DNA of 37,100 bases, from assembly GCF_006345805.1 (NCBI RefSeq), contig NW_021836869.1, positions 1-37,100 on the forward strand, in the 5' to 3' direction. The stretch comes from Octopus sinensis. Taxonomy: Eukaryota. Position numbers and translations under genes: made by a program. The first letter of the stretch is position 1. Each line of letters begins with the position of its first letter. The notes beneath the pieces are model-generated. The model was not told where the DNA came from, ran no database searches, and was given only the letters and a program-made list of their open reading frames with translations. Shown piece after piece: positions 1-11,827 of the stretch.

Positions 1-229
1 GTAGTGGCGATGTGTGCAGTGGTTGCTGCTTTGTGTTTGTTGGTTGTAGTGACAGTTGTAGCAGTGGTAGTTCTTGGTGTGGTAGTGGTTGCTCTGGTTG
101 TGGCAGTGGCGGCGCTAGTTTTGTTCTGATGGTGGTTGTTGAGTCCATTGTTGCAGTGGTTTTGGTAGCCATGATTGTGTTGGCTGTTGTGGTGGTTGTG
201 GTTATTGTAGTGGTTATGGTCATTGTTCT

Positions 230-858
230 CTCCATAGACTGAGTTCAGATCCTACCGAAGTCATCTTAGCTATTTAGTTAAGTTAATTTTTTGGCTCAAA
301 AAGCAAAAAGCAAGGCCATGTAGGGGGACATGGAGTTAAGTACAGGGAGGGTGTTCATACAAAGAGTTCAGGCCATTTCTGGTCAAGAGAGACTTTGAAC
401 CGAGCGGTCGTTGGCATCTTCACTATCTCGTCCGGCAGCTTATTCCACGGATCCGCAACCCGGACGGAGAAAGCCCCTCTCCTTCGATTGAGATGAAATC
501 GTCGCAGATAGAGCTTTTCGGAGTGACCCCGCAGCCGACGCTCTGGAGCAGGAGTGAAGAACAGTTCTTTTGAGAGGTTACACTTTCTGCTTATGATGTT
601 GTGAGTGAGAATGAGATCACCACGGCGTCGTCGTTTTTCTAGAGAATAAAGGTCGAGCGTCTTCAGCTTTTCTTCATAAGACAAATGCTTGAAACCAAGA
701 ACCATGCGGGTAGCCAGCTTCTGGACTCTTTCGAGATGCTGTATGTCTTTGAGGAGATAAGGAGAAGAGGCTTGAATCCCATACTCCAATATGGGTCTCA
801 CCAGCGTGACATAGAGCGGTAGGAATATGGCTGCTGTGAGCATTCCGAATGACCTTCC
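230..858 (-). mobile_element. 5'-truncated CR1/Jockey-group LINE: ORF2 C-terminus (stop at 355-357) plus putative 3' UTR
   Basis: LYVTLVRPILEYG..KDIQHLERVQKLATRMV..LEKRRRRGDLI..LRGH..FSVRVADPWNKLP is the typical post-RT C-terminus of CR1-type ORF2. The listed ORF start (1047) runs into an unrelated SINE. Confidence 0.9.
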
Positions 859-944
859 TTGGGTTTGATAAAATAAATACCAGTTGGCTACCGAGGAACA
901 AGGTAACTGAATTCCCGCTCTCCTCAAAGTTGCTGGCCAGGTGC

Positions 945-1185
945 CAAAATTTGAAATTATAATAATAATAATGTTTTCTACCAAAAGCACAAAGCCTGAA
1001 ACTTTGCGGGAGTGAGTAAGGCGATTACATCGACCCCAGTGTTTCACTGGTACTTAATTTATCGACCCCGAAATAATGAAAGGCAAAGTCAACCTCAGCG
1101 GAATTTGAACTCAGAACGTAAAGACGGACGAAATGCCGCGAAGCATTTCGCCCGGCGTGCTCACGATTCTGTTAGCTCACCACCT
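945..1185 (-). mobile_element. tRNA-derived SINE, family B (central domain GCCTTTCATCCTTTCGGGGTCGATAAATTAAGTACC)
   Basis: Related copies at ~4208-4460(+), 8393-9290(+), 11038-11140(+), 13765-13982(-), 17415-17545(+), 17582-17795(+), 17858-18065(+), 23973-24045(-), 29272-29685(-), 34000-34220(-), 34235-34412(-). B-box-like GAGTTCAAATTCC. Confidence 0.85.
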
Positions 1186-1352
1186 TGATGATGATGATGA
1201 TGACGATGATGATACTCTCTTTTTACTCTTTATTCTTTTACTTGTGTCAGTTATGTGACTGTGGCCATGCTGGAGCACCGCCTTTAGTCGAGCAAATCGA
1301 CCCCAGGACTTATTCTTTGTAAGTCTAGTACTTATTCTATCGTTCCCTTTTG

Positions 1353-2598
1353 CCATCACCGCCACCGCCGCAAACATCACTACCACTATCATCTCCACCT
1401 CTACCACCACCACTATCACGACCATCACTGCCACCGCCGCAACCAAGCCCAACCACACAAGCCACAATCACACTACACCACAACCCAACATCATCACCAC
1501 CACTCTAACCCTCCACCACCATCACGACCATCACCGCCACCACCATCACAACCACAATCATCACTACCACCACAACCACTATCATCACCACCTCTACCAC
1601 CACCACTATCACGACCATCACCGCCACCGCCGCAACCATCACAACCACTATCATCACTACCATCACAACCACAATCATCACCACAACTACTATCATCACC
1701 ACCTCTACCACCACCACCACTATCACCACTATCACGACCATCACAGCCACTGCCCCAACCATCACAACCACTATCATCACTGCCACCACAACCACTATCA
1801 TCACCACCACTACCACCACCATCACCGCCACCACCGCCACCATCACAACCACTATCATCACTACCACCACAACCACTATCATCACCACCACTATCACCAT
1901 CACCACCATAACCACCGCCTCCACCATCACTACCACCACAACCACTATCATCACCACCTCTACCACCACCACCACAACCACTATCATCACCACCTCTACC
2001 ACCACCACCACAACCACTATCATCACCACCTCTACCTCCACCACCATCAACGACCACACCGCCACCACCATCACAACCACAATCATCACTACCAACACAA
2101 CCACTATCATCACCGACCTCTACCACCACCACTATCACGACTCACCACCGCCACCGCCGCAACCATCACAAACCACTTCATACTTACCATCAACAACCAC
2201 AACACACCCACAACTACTATCATCACCACCTCTAACCACCACACCACTATCACCACTATCACTACCATCACAGCCACTGCCCCAACAACCTCCAACCACT
2301 ATCATTCACTGCCACCACAACCACATCATCACCACCACTACTACCACCCCATCACCGCCACCACCCCACCATCACACCACTACATCACTACCACCACAAC
2401 CACTATCATCACCACCACTATCACCATCACCACCATACCACCGCCTCCACCATCACTACCACCCCAACGGCCAAGAACCACTATCATCACCACCTCTACC
2501 ACCACCACCACAACCACTATCATCACCACCTCTACCACCACCACCACCACCACTATCACGACCATCACCATCACAACCGCCGCCACCACCATCACCAC
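1353..2598. repeat. (CAC/CAT/TAC)n low-complexity tract with ~42-bp higher-order repeats
   Basis: Recurring ACAACCACTATCATCACCACCTCTACCACC units, giving poly-V/poly-G pseudo-ORFs. Confidence 0.9.
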
Positions 2599-2839
2599 GT
2601 GTATCGTTAGTTTTGTAAATGTTCGGACACGGCTTACGGTTCTTTTGCTCGGCGAAGCGTGGTTGTTACTGCTGGACACAAGGATGGACAGAGCGGGATG
2701 GTCAAGGGTTTGGAAGGGAAGAGGGGCGGGGCGGGGGAGGGGGAGGGAAAGATGGAGAGGTAACGGAGGTGAGGCGGGATTAAGAGGATAAGGGAGAAGA
2801 AAGGGTGAAGGAGAAAGAAGAGGGGTGAGGACACAAGAG

Positions 2840-3223
2840 GTGCGCACATGCACACACACGCACACACTTACGCACACATACATGCACACAAGCACACACG
2901 TACACACATGAACATACATTCTTACACACGTACACACACACGCACATGCATGCACAGACGCATGCACACATACATGCGCACGCATACATGTACACACATA
3001 CAAGCACACACAGACACACACGTACACACATGCAGACACATGCACATACACACATTCTTACGTACACTTACACGTACACACACACAACACGCACACACAC
3101 GCACACACGCATGCATACATGAACACACATTCTTACACACGTACGCACACATGCACACACATACACACAACACGCGCTCACACGCATGGACACATGCATG
3201 CACACACACACACGTGCACATGT

Positions 3224-3272
<49 letters not shown>
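2840..3272. repeat. degenerate (CA)n microsatellite
   Basis: Directly visible. Confidence 0.95.
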
Positions 3273-3273
<1 letters not shown>

Positions 3274-3490
3274 GTAGCATTTTCGCCCGTAACGAGTCAA
3301 TGACGGAATCATCCAGGAAGACCTACTCGGTTGTTTGACCTGGTTAGAACCGGTAGCCAAATCTCCCTCAAATCACGTCCTACTCTCTTATGTATCTGAA
3401 TATGTATGAGCCAATGAGGAATACCCACAACTCAGGAGGGTGGTGGCTGTACCTGATAGAAACAGCATGGAATTATCCTTCAAATAATAT

Positions 3491-3885
3491 AGGCGCAGGA
3501 GTGGCTGTGTGGTAAGTAGCTTGCTAACCAACCACATGGTTCCGGGTTCAGTCCCACTGCGTGGTATCTTGGGCAAGTGTCTTCTGCTATAGCCCCGGGC
3601 CGACCAATGCCTTGTGAGTGGATTTGGTAGACGGAAACTGAAAGAAGCCCGTCGTATATATGTATATATATGTGTGTGTGTGTGTTTGTGCGTCTGTGTT
3701 TGTCCCCCTAGCATTGCTTGACAACCGATGCTGGTGTGTTTACGTCCCCGTCACTTTGCGGTTCGGCAAAAGAGACGATAGAATAAGTACTGGGCTTACA
3801 AAGAATAAGTCCCGGTGTCGATTTGCTCGACTAAAGGCGGTGCTCCAGCATGGCCACAGTCAAATGACTGAAACGAGTAAAAGAG
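3491..3885 (+). mobile_element. tRNA-derived CORE-like SINE, family A, full length with internal (TA)n(TG)n
   Basis: A-box-like TGGCTGTGTGG, B-box-like GGTTCAGTCCC, CORE-like CTTGGGCAAGTG, tail ending GTAAAAGA. Other copies at ~1213-1352(-), 5422-5826(-), 7040-7230(-), 9335-9470(+), 9830-10060(-), 14487-14908(-), 19620-19670(+), 21625-21950(-), 21960-22122(+), 26250-26836(+), 27962-28127(+), 28273-28667(+), 30238-30647(+), 33455-33800(-). Confidence 0.9.
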
Positions 3886-3931
3886 TATGTATGTATGTAT
3901 GTATGTATGTATGTGTGTGTGTGTGTGTGTA

Positions 3932-4598
3932 CACTGGCGAAAATAAAATTTAAGACCGATGATAAAAGTTCTATTTCTTACTGACACCATACAAATTATC
4001 TTTATCTTTTACACCTTATGCAGAATTTATTTCTCTTTCGAACGATGCAGACAATAACTATTTTTTTATACAACTTGAAGAATTCTAATGCTAAATTAAT
4101 ATAAACGTTTCAAATTTACCGGCAGTAATATGTATGCAAATTTTTTTTGCCAAAATGGGTGGTCACACAACTCGCCTAACTGCACTATATAGTGTTATAA
4201 TTTAGCTTCCGCCGAGGTCGACTTTGCCTTTCATCCTTTCGGGGTTGATAAATTAAGTACCAGTTACGCACTGGGTCGATGTAATCGACTTAATACCTTT
4301 GTCTATCCTTGTTTGTCACCTCTATGTTTAGCCTTTTGTGGGCAATAAAGAAATAAATTATCATTATTATTATTATTATTAATAATAATACCTGTGTCTG
4401 TCCTTGTTTCTCCCCTCTGTGTCCTTGTTTGTTACCCTTGTGGGTAATAAAGAAATAGGTTTTATACAATTGATTAATAATGGGAAAACAACGTAGCCTC
4501 AGTCCAGTCACGAGAGCAAAAATCGTATTACTCCACCAGCAAAAAGTTTCCTTTTCGAACATCAGCAAGAATCGATCTTAAATTTATTTTCGCCAGTG
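3932..4598. mobile_element. MITE with ~28-bp TIRs and TA target duplication (Tc1/mariner-type), interrupted by SINE B
   Basis: TA-CACTGGCGAAAATAAAATTTAAGACCGAT (3932-3960) and ATCGATCTTAAATTTATTTTCGCCAGTG-TA (4571-4598). Confidence 0.8.
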
Positions 4599-4657
4599 TA
4601 TATATGCATTTATGTATAAATGTGTATGTGTATACATGCTTGCATGCATGTATGTGT

Positions 4658-5261
4658 GTGAAAACTGTAGTGAAGAAGTGACTCAAAGAACAGTCAACAG
4701 AATTTTACGGGGCAGGGATACATGCTCTCATTCGAAAGTGGAACATTGCTAATGAGAGAAACGGTGACTATGTTGAGAAGTAGGGATGTGATCCACAGAG
4801 GACCATGTATCATACATCAAAATGAAACTGGTCCTCTGTGGATCACACCCCTACTTCTCAACCTAGTTAACATTTTTTTCTCAATAGCAATGTTCCACCT
4901 TCGAATGAGAGCATGTATCCCTGCCCCGTAAAATTCAGTTAACTGTTCTTTGAGCCTCTTCTTCACTACAGTTTTCACTTCCTCGTCACTGGACTATCAT
5001 CTCTTCAGCCCCCATGAAAGAGGGTTTGTGAGGCAAACATTATTCCAGTGACGAGGAATTGAAAACTGTAGTGAAAAAGTGGCTCAAAGAACAGTCAACA
5101 GAATTTTACGGGGCAGGGATACATGCTCTCATGCTATGTTGAGAAGAAGGGATGTGATCCACAGAGGACCAGCTTCATTTTGATGTATGATACATGTTCC
5201 TGTGTTGGAAATTATACCTGTCCTAAACAAAATGGCATTACTTTTTGACTCACCCACGTAC
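4658..5261 (+). mobile_element. rearranged mariner 3' fragment (direct/inverted/direct segments)
   Basis: From ~4992 reads DYHLFSPMKEGL*GKHYSSDEELKTVVKKWLKEQSTEFYGAGIHAL, a mariner C-terminus. Ends ATTACTTTTTGACTCACCCACG-TA. 4658-4805 is mirrored by 4824-4978. Confidence 0.8.
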
Positions 5262-6034
5262 ATTCGTGTATGTGTGTTTTAACCACCCGCTTATTCATTA
5301 TCTCGATTGGGCATCACGATACTAATATCACGGTGTTAGAACTCCATTTACATTGGCTTCAGAACGAAGTGTGAGTTGAGTACAGAGCAAAAATAAGAAA
5401 ATGAGAAGACGAAGAAAGAGATACTCTCTTTACTCTTTTACTCTTTTACTTGTTTCAGTCATTTGACTGCGGCCATGCTGGAGCACCGCCTTTAGTCGAG
5501 CAAATCGACCCCGGGACTTATTCTTTGTAAGCCCAGTACTTATTCTATCGGTCTCTTTTGCCGAACCGCTAAGTGACGGGGACGTAAACACACCAGCATC
5601 AGTTGTCAAGCAATGCTAGGGGGACAAACACAGACACACACACACACACACACATTATATATACATATATACGACAGACTTCTTTCAGTTTCCGTCTACC
5701 AAATCCACTCACAAGGCTTTGGTCGGCCCGAGGCTATAGTAGAAGACACTTGCCCAAGGTGCCACGCAGTGGGACTGAACCCGGAACCATGTGGTTGGTA
5801 AACAAGCTACTTACCACACAGCCACTCGAGTATATTGTGAACTTAATTACCTTACAGCCGTTTCTGCTATAGGTTCAGTGCACTCGTAATTGAGAGCTTC
5901 GGTATTGGAACTTTAAAAATGAAGCTATAGTGTGATGCCTAGATACCCATCTATGAGTGCTTTGAATATAATAGCGGAAACAGCTGTGAGCTAATGAAGT
6001 TCATGGCGTAATTTCTTATTCCTTTGTCATCTTT

Positions 6035-6733
6035 GTATGTATGCGTGTATGTATGTACGTACGTATGTGTGTGTATATGTATGTATGTATGTATGTATGT
6101 ACGTATGTGTGTGTGTATATGTATGTGTGTATGTACGTATGTGTGTATATGTATGTATGTATGTATGTACGTACGTATGTGTGTATATGTATGTATGTAT
6201 GTATGTGTGTGTATATGTATGTATGTACGTATGTGTGTATATGTATGTATGTATGTACGTACGTTGTGTGTATATGTATGTATGTATGTATGTACGTATG
6301 TGTGTGTATATGTATGTATGTATGTACGTACGTATGTGTGTGTGTATATGTATGTACGTACGTATGTATGTGTGTGTATATGTATGTATGTACGTATGTG
6401 TGTATTTGTATGTACGTTCGTATGTGTGTATATGTATGTATGTACGTACATATGTGTGTATATGTATGTATGTACGTACATATGTGTGTATTTGTATGTA
6501 CGTACGTATGTGTGTATATGTATGTACGTACGTATGTGTGTGTATATGTATGTACGTACGTATGTGTGTGTATATGTATGTATGTACGTACGTATGTGTG
6601 TATTTGTATGTATGTGTGTACGTACGTTTGTATATATGTATGTACGGGTATGTGTACGTACGTGTGTGTGTATGTATGTATGTACGTACGTGTGTGCGAT
6701 GTATGTACGGACGTATGTGTGTATGTATGTATG
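6035..6733. repeat. (TATG/TACG/TG)n compound microsatellite
   Basis: Directly visible. Confidence 0.95.
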
Positions 6734-6935
6734 TCATTCAGTTTTATTTCAAGATTTCTTGCCAATAGTGAAAGAGCTGGTTTCTAACCTAGACCCAAGG
6801 CTCCTTCACTGGAATTTCAACAACATTCAACAGGGTATCTTCGTATGTATGTATATGTGCAGTTTTATATGTTTTGTTTTATGTATGTATGTATTCTCAT
6901 GCATATAGTTGCATATCTATACATGCTCATATATA

Positions 6936-7040
6936 TTTAAACGATAAACCTCTGGAAAGTTTTACAGATCTTTACAGTTCCACTGATGGATTGAATCTGT
7001 AGTCCTCGAATCAGCTTTCTCCTTTCTGGTTTTGAGAATA
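6936..7040 (-). mobile_element. possible extreme C-terminal fragment of an RLE-type non-LTR retrotransposon ORF
   Basis: Minus strand reads RKLIRGLQIQSISGTVKICKTFQRFIV*, resembling the LQ..A..GT..I terminal helix of RLE LINEs (compare IQKIALLGTAHILCRTL at 18763). Short, so weak. Confidence 0.4.
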
Positions 7041-7508
7041 TGCTGGGGCATCGCCTTAAGGGGCTTCAGTCAAACAAATCGACCGCAGCACTTATTCTTT
7101 GTAAGCCTAGTACTTTTTCTATCGGTCTCTTTTATCGAACCGCTAGGTACAGAAACATAGACACACCAGTATCGGTTGTTAAGCGATGGTGGTGGGTAGG
7201 GACAAATACAGACACAAATGATACACACGCGCATATATATATATATATATATAGATTATATATATATAATATATATATATTAATCACGACTGTATTTCTC
7301 TGAGTCTTGTGTAGCAATCTATTCTCTATGACTGGTTATTTATCTTTATGTGTGCGTGTATATTTATAATATAAGTACAAACACATAATAATGTATACGT
7401 ATATACACAAATATATATTTGCATATGTTTATAACTACACATATACACACATTTGTCAGTCTGTATAAACATCTACAGATCTATGTATATTCTTTGTGTC
7501 TGTATGAA

Positions 7509-7554
<46 letters not shown>

Positions 7555-7775
7555 GAATGTATATAAATATATACAAGTGTATCTAAGTACACGCACCCAC
7601 ACACAGTTATATGTATGTATATATTATTTATGGATATGTATGAATATATTATCTCTGTATATATATGTACGTATATGTGTATGTATACATACATGATGTA
7701 TAAGTATGTTTGTTATATACGCATAAACGCGTGTATATATATCTACCACGGTGTATATACTAAGTTCATATATGT

Positions 7776-7824
<49 letters not shown>

Positions 7825-7872
7825 CATATACATACACACACACACATATATAGTCATTCGTGATGTGTGTGG

Positions 7873-7916
<44 letters not shown>

Positions 7917-8392
7917 ATGTATATATGTATCTGTTTTATCTTATCTGATTTCAATCTTCCCACGACCAACTTCACACCACACCGACCCCCAACACCGCCC
8001 TGCGCCATACGCAAGTATTTTGATGAATTATTAATACACTAACAAACACACACACACACACCACACACACACACACACAGAATGGAGTGGGGGAAGAGAG
8101 AGAGAGAGAGAGAGAGAGTGATAGATAGAAGGACAGATAAACCGAGCCCCAACATTAAATAAGCGCCTTACGAACTGTGCCAAAAATAATAAATTCAACA
8201 ATGGCGACGGCTTCCACACCAACACGAAAACCGAGGGACACGTATATAGACGCGTGTGCTAAGACACACACACACACACACACGCACGCACATGAGCGAT
8301 GTCTCTCTCTCTCACACACACACACGCACACACATAGACACGACCATCGGTGTATTAATTCTATCGTTATGTTTTGTCTGACGAATGTACAT

Positions 8393-9290
8393 TGAGCTGG
8401 CAGAAACGTTAGCACGCCGGGCGAAATGCGTAGCCGTATTTCGTCTGCCGCTGTTACGTTGTGAGTTCAAATTCCGCCGAGGTCGACTTTGCCTTTCATC
8501 CTTTCGGGGTCGATAAATTAAGTACCGGTTACGCACTGGGGTCAATATAATCGACGTAATCCGTTTGTCTGTCCTTGTTGTCCTCTCTTGTTAGCCCCTG
8601 TGGTTAGTAAAGAAATAGGTCTTTCGTCTGAGTTCAATTCCGCCGAGGTCGACTTTGCCTTTCATCCTTTCGGGGTCGATAAATTAAGTACCAGTTACGC
8701 ACTGGGGCCAATATAATCGACTTAATCCGTTTCTGTCCTTGTTTGTCCTCTCTGTGTTTAGCCCCTTGTGGTTAGTAAAGAAATAGGTATTTCGTCTGAG
8801 TTCAAATTCCGCCGAGGTCGACTTTGCCTTTCATCCTTTCGGGGTCGATAAATTAAGTACCAGTTACGCACTGGGGCCAATATAATCGACTTAATCCGTT
8901 TGTCTGTCCTTGTTTGTCCTCTCTGTGTTTAGCCCCTTGTGGTTAGTAAAGAAATAGGTATTTCGTCTGAGTTCAAATTCCGCCGAGGTCGACTTTGCCT
9001 TTCATCCTTTCGGGGTCGATAAATTAAGTACCAGTTACGCACTGGGGCCAATATAATCGACTTAATCCGTTTGTCTGTCCTTGTTTGTCCTCTCTGTGTT
9101 TAGCCCCTTGTGGTTAGTAAAGAAATAGGTATTTCGTCTGAGTTCAAATTCCGCCGAGGTCGACTAAGCCTTTCATCCTTTCGGGGTCGATAAATTAAGT
9201 ACCAGTTACGCACTGGGGTGATGTAATCGACTTAATCCCTTTGTCTGTCCCCTCTATGTTTAGCCCCTTGTGGGCAATAAAAAAAAAAAT
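8393..9290 (+). repeat. tandem pentamer of SINE B (one headed copy plus four ~171-bp headless units)
   Basis: TTCGTCTGAG unit starts at 8623, 8791, 8962 and 9133; units are near-identical. Confidence 0.92.
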
Positions 9291-9488
9291 ATATATATCT
9301 TTCAAACACACAACTGTAACAAGTATAAGATGCCGGCGTGGCTGTGTGGTAAGAAGCGAGCTTCTCAACCACATAGTCCGGGGTTCAGTTCCACTGCGTG
9401 GCACCTTGGGCAAATATCTTCTAAGCTTTGTGAGTTGATTTGGTATACGAAAACTGAAAGAAGCCCGTCGTGAATGTGTATGATATAT

Positions 9489-9755
9489 ATCACCGTGACC
9501 GACCAGGCTATCAGATGTTGCTACACATCGCTGGTCACAATGTGCTTCGCATTGTTTTAGCCTTCAAATGACACCACCCTGCTGGCTAAGCGAGCAGGCC
9601 AACAGAAGAAAGAGTGAGAGAAAGTTGTGGCGAAAGAGTACAGCAGGGATCACCACTACTCCTTGCCGGAGCCTCGTGGAGCTTTAGGTGTTTTCGCTGG
9701 AAATCGAAACCGCGATCCTACAACCGCAAGTTCGCTGCCTTAACCACTGGGCCAT
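9489..9755 (-). mobile_element. tRNA-derived SINE family C, variant with alternative tail and deleted head
   Basis: Shares GAGAAAGTTGTGG..GCCGGAGCCTCGTGGAGC and the head with 10229-10613, but has a different 3' portion. Confidence 0.75.
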
Positions 9756-10228
9756 ATATATATTTTGGCAAATCGAAAATTATATATATGCATATAAACA
9801 TTGATATCTGCTAAATGACCAGTTGCGTTTTATCACGTTACCAAGCTATAGGGACGTAAATTCACCACCACCGGTTGCCGCGCTGTAGTGACACGCACAC
9901 ACATACACACACACACACTTATGTTTATGGATTTGGTTGACGAAAACTATATCCACTCGCAAGGCTTTGTAGAAGACACTTGCCCAAGGTGCCATGTTGT
10001 GGGACTGAACCCGGAACCATGTGGTTTGGATGGAAGTTTCTTACCAGATAGCTTCGCCTATGCTTTTAATATTCCTTTTGTTTCTATTTATTTGATTTCA
10101 TGCATGTTTTATCTCTATATTTTTATTTGTTATTCTATTCTTATTTCTTTATTTTGTCTATGTAAGGGTAAGCGTTTTTGATATACATTGTTTGGAGTAA
10201 GTGCTAAAATTTAAAATATTCTCACAGA

Positions 10229-10613
10229 TGTGGAAGCACTCCGTCGGTTACGACGACGAGGGTTCCGGTTGATCCGATCAACGGAACAGCCTGCTCATGA
10301 AATTAACGTGTAAGTGGCTGAGCACTCCACAGACACGTGTACCCTTAACGTAGTTCTCGGGGATATTCAGCGTGACACAGAGAGTGACAAGCCCGGCCCT
10401 TTGAAATACAGGTACAACAGAAACAGGAAGTAAGAGTGGGAGAAAGTTGTGGTGAAAGAGTACAGCAGGGATCACCACCATCCCTGCCGGAGCATCGTGG
10501 AGCTTTTAGGTGTTTTCGCTCAATAAACACTCACAACGCCCGGTCTGGGAATCGAAACCGCGATCCTATGACCGCGAGTCCGCTGCCCTAACCACTGGGC
10601 CATTGCGCCTCCA
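10229..10613 (-). mobile_element. tRNA-derived SINE family C, full length
   Basis: Head GGAGGCGCAATGGCCCAGTGGTTAGGGCAGCGGACTCGCGGTC..GGTTTCGATTCCC with A and B boxes. Copies at 26893-27255 and 27273-27499 (-). Confidence 0.88.
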
Positions 10614-11827
10614 CTCTCACAGATATAACCAAGGTGGAAAAAAGAGAGATGAGAAAGGTGAAGAAAGAAGAAAAAGAAAAGCCGCAGAGGGAAGGAAGCA
10701 GCGGGATATTTGTAGGGGAGGGGCAAAGTGTCACATATTGAAAAAGTGGGTGCTTGGACGCGCAATGGCGTTGCGTGGAGAATGTGCTGCAGAGTGTAAC
10801 ATCTATTATTATGAGGTAAAGTGAAATGGCTAGAGAGTATAGTGAGAAACGTATTTTAAAAAGTCATCTGAGGAAGTGCATTCTACAACTGCGATGCAAG
10901 ACGATTGATTGCACATTATATCGCCTATGAGCTACAGATGCGAGAATGAGCCGAAACAATTGTAGTGGTTTTGAATTAAGAATCTCCTGAATTCTCTCTT
11001 CTCTATATGTACGTGTAATGAGAGAGAAAAGGAAAGGTTACGCACTGGGGTCGATGTAATCGACTTAATACCTGTGTCTGTCCTTGTTTCTCCCCTCTGT
11101 GTCCTTGTTTGTTACCCTTGTGGGTAATAAAGAAATAGGTTTTATACAATTGATTAATAATGGGAAAACAACGTAGCCTCAGTCCATGGTGAGGGAGAAA
11201 GAGTTACTGAGAGAGGAGAGAGGGAGGGAGAGATACAGAGAAAGGAGGAGAGAAGGAAAAAGAGGTCCAGAGAGATGGAGAGAGGTACTGAGTAAGGAGG
11301 AGGAGAGAGGGAGACAGAAGTACAGAGGAGGAGGAGAGATGTACTAAGAGAGGGGGAGAGAGAGGTGGAGAGGTTAACAGTGAGAGGGAGAGATGACAAG
11401 GGTTTACTTTGCTTGTGTTCAGGGTTCGGCTTATCAAGACAGCCCAATTCCCCCTGTATTGTTCTCAAGGCATACAAACAGCCAGGCTCCTGTTTTCAGT
11501 CTATTCTTTGATGTTTTTTATCCACAAATGTCTTTAACAATAGTTTGCTCTTCACACGCCCTGACAGGATGGTCATTACCCGAGGGGCATTGCATCTCTT
11601 GTCTTTTATCTTTGACTAGTTACAGATAAATATATACCCACACTTAGAAATAGAATGTCTCTTGAACTATGGTCTAATACCGAAGAAGCTATTAAGTGGT
11701 TTCATAATATCGAAAATAAGGTTAAATATAAATTTTTACAGTTAGACATTAACAATTACTATTCCTCTATCAACCCTATTGTACTCAATAAAGCCCCTCC
11801 TTTTGCTAGAAAATATATTAACCTTAA

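Noticed and set aside
2598-2840. Unique segment with G-rich run as miRNA hairpin or promoter
   Set aside because: No convincing long hairpin or recognisable mature miRNA; the G-rich part grades into purine low-complexity sequence.
1494-3280. Long ORFs encoding poly-V, poly-G/D, HT- or CV-rich proteins (also 5951-6908, 15631-17326, 19648-20951, 22658-23254, 30884-32460, 34401-36798)
   Set aside because: They are translations of simple repeats that lack stop codons in several frames on both strands; no domain or splice evidence.
8370-8395. CTGACGA hammerhead-like boxes (also 16261-16267 minus strand, 24360, 25408)
   Set aside because: No downstream stem II, GAAA or NUH in correct register.
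10540-10613. tRNA gene candidates in SINE heads (also 3491-3560 and 27425-27499)
   Set aside because: A and B boxes are present, but there is no closed acceptor stem and each continues into a shared SINE body.
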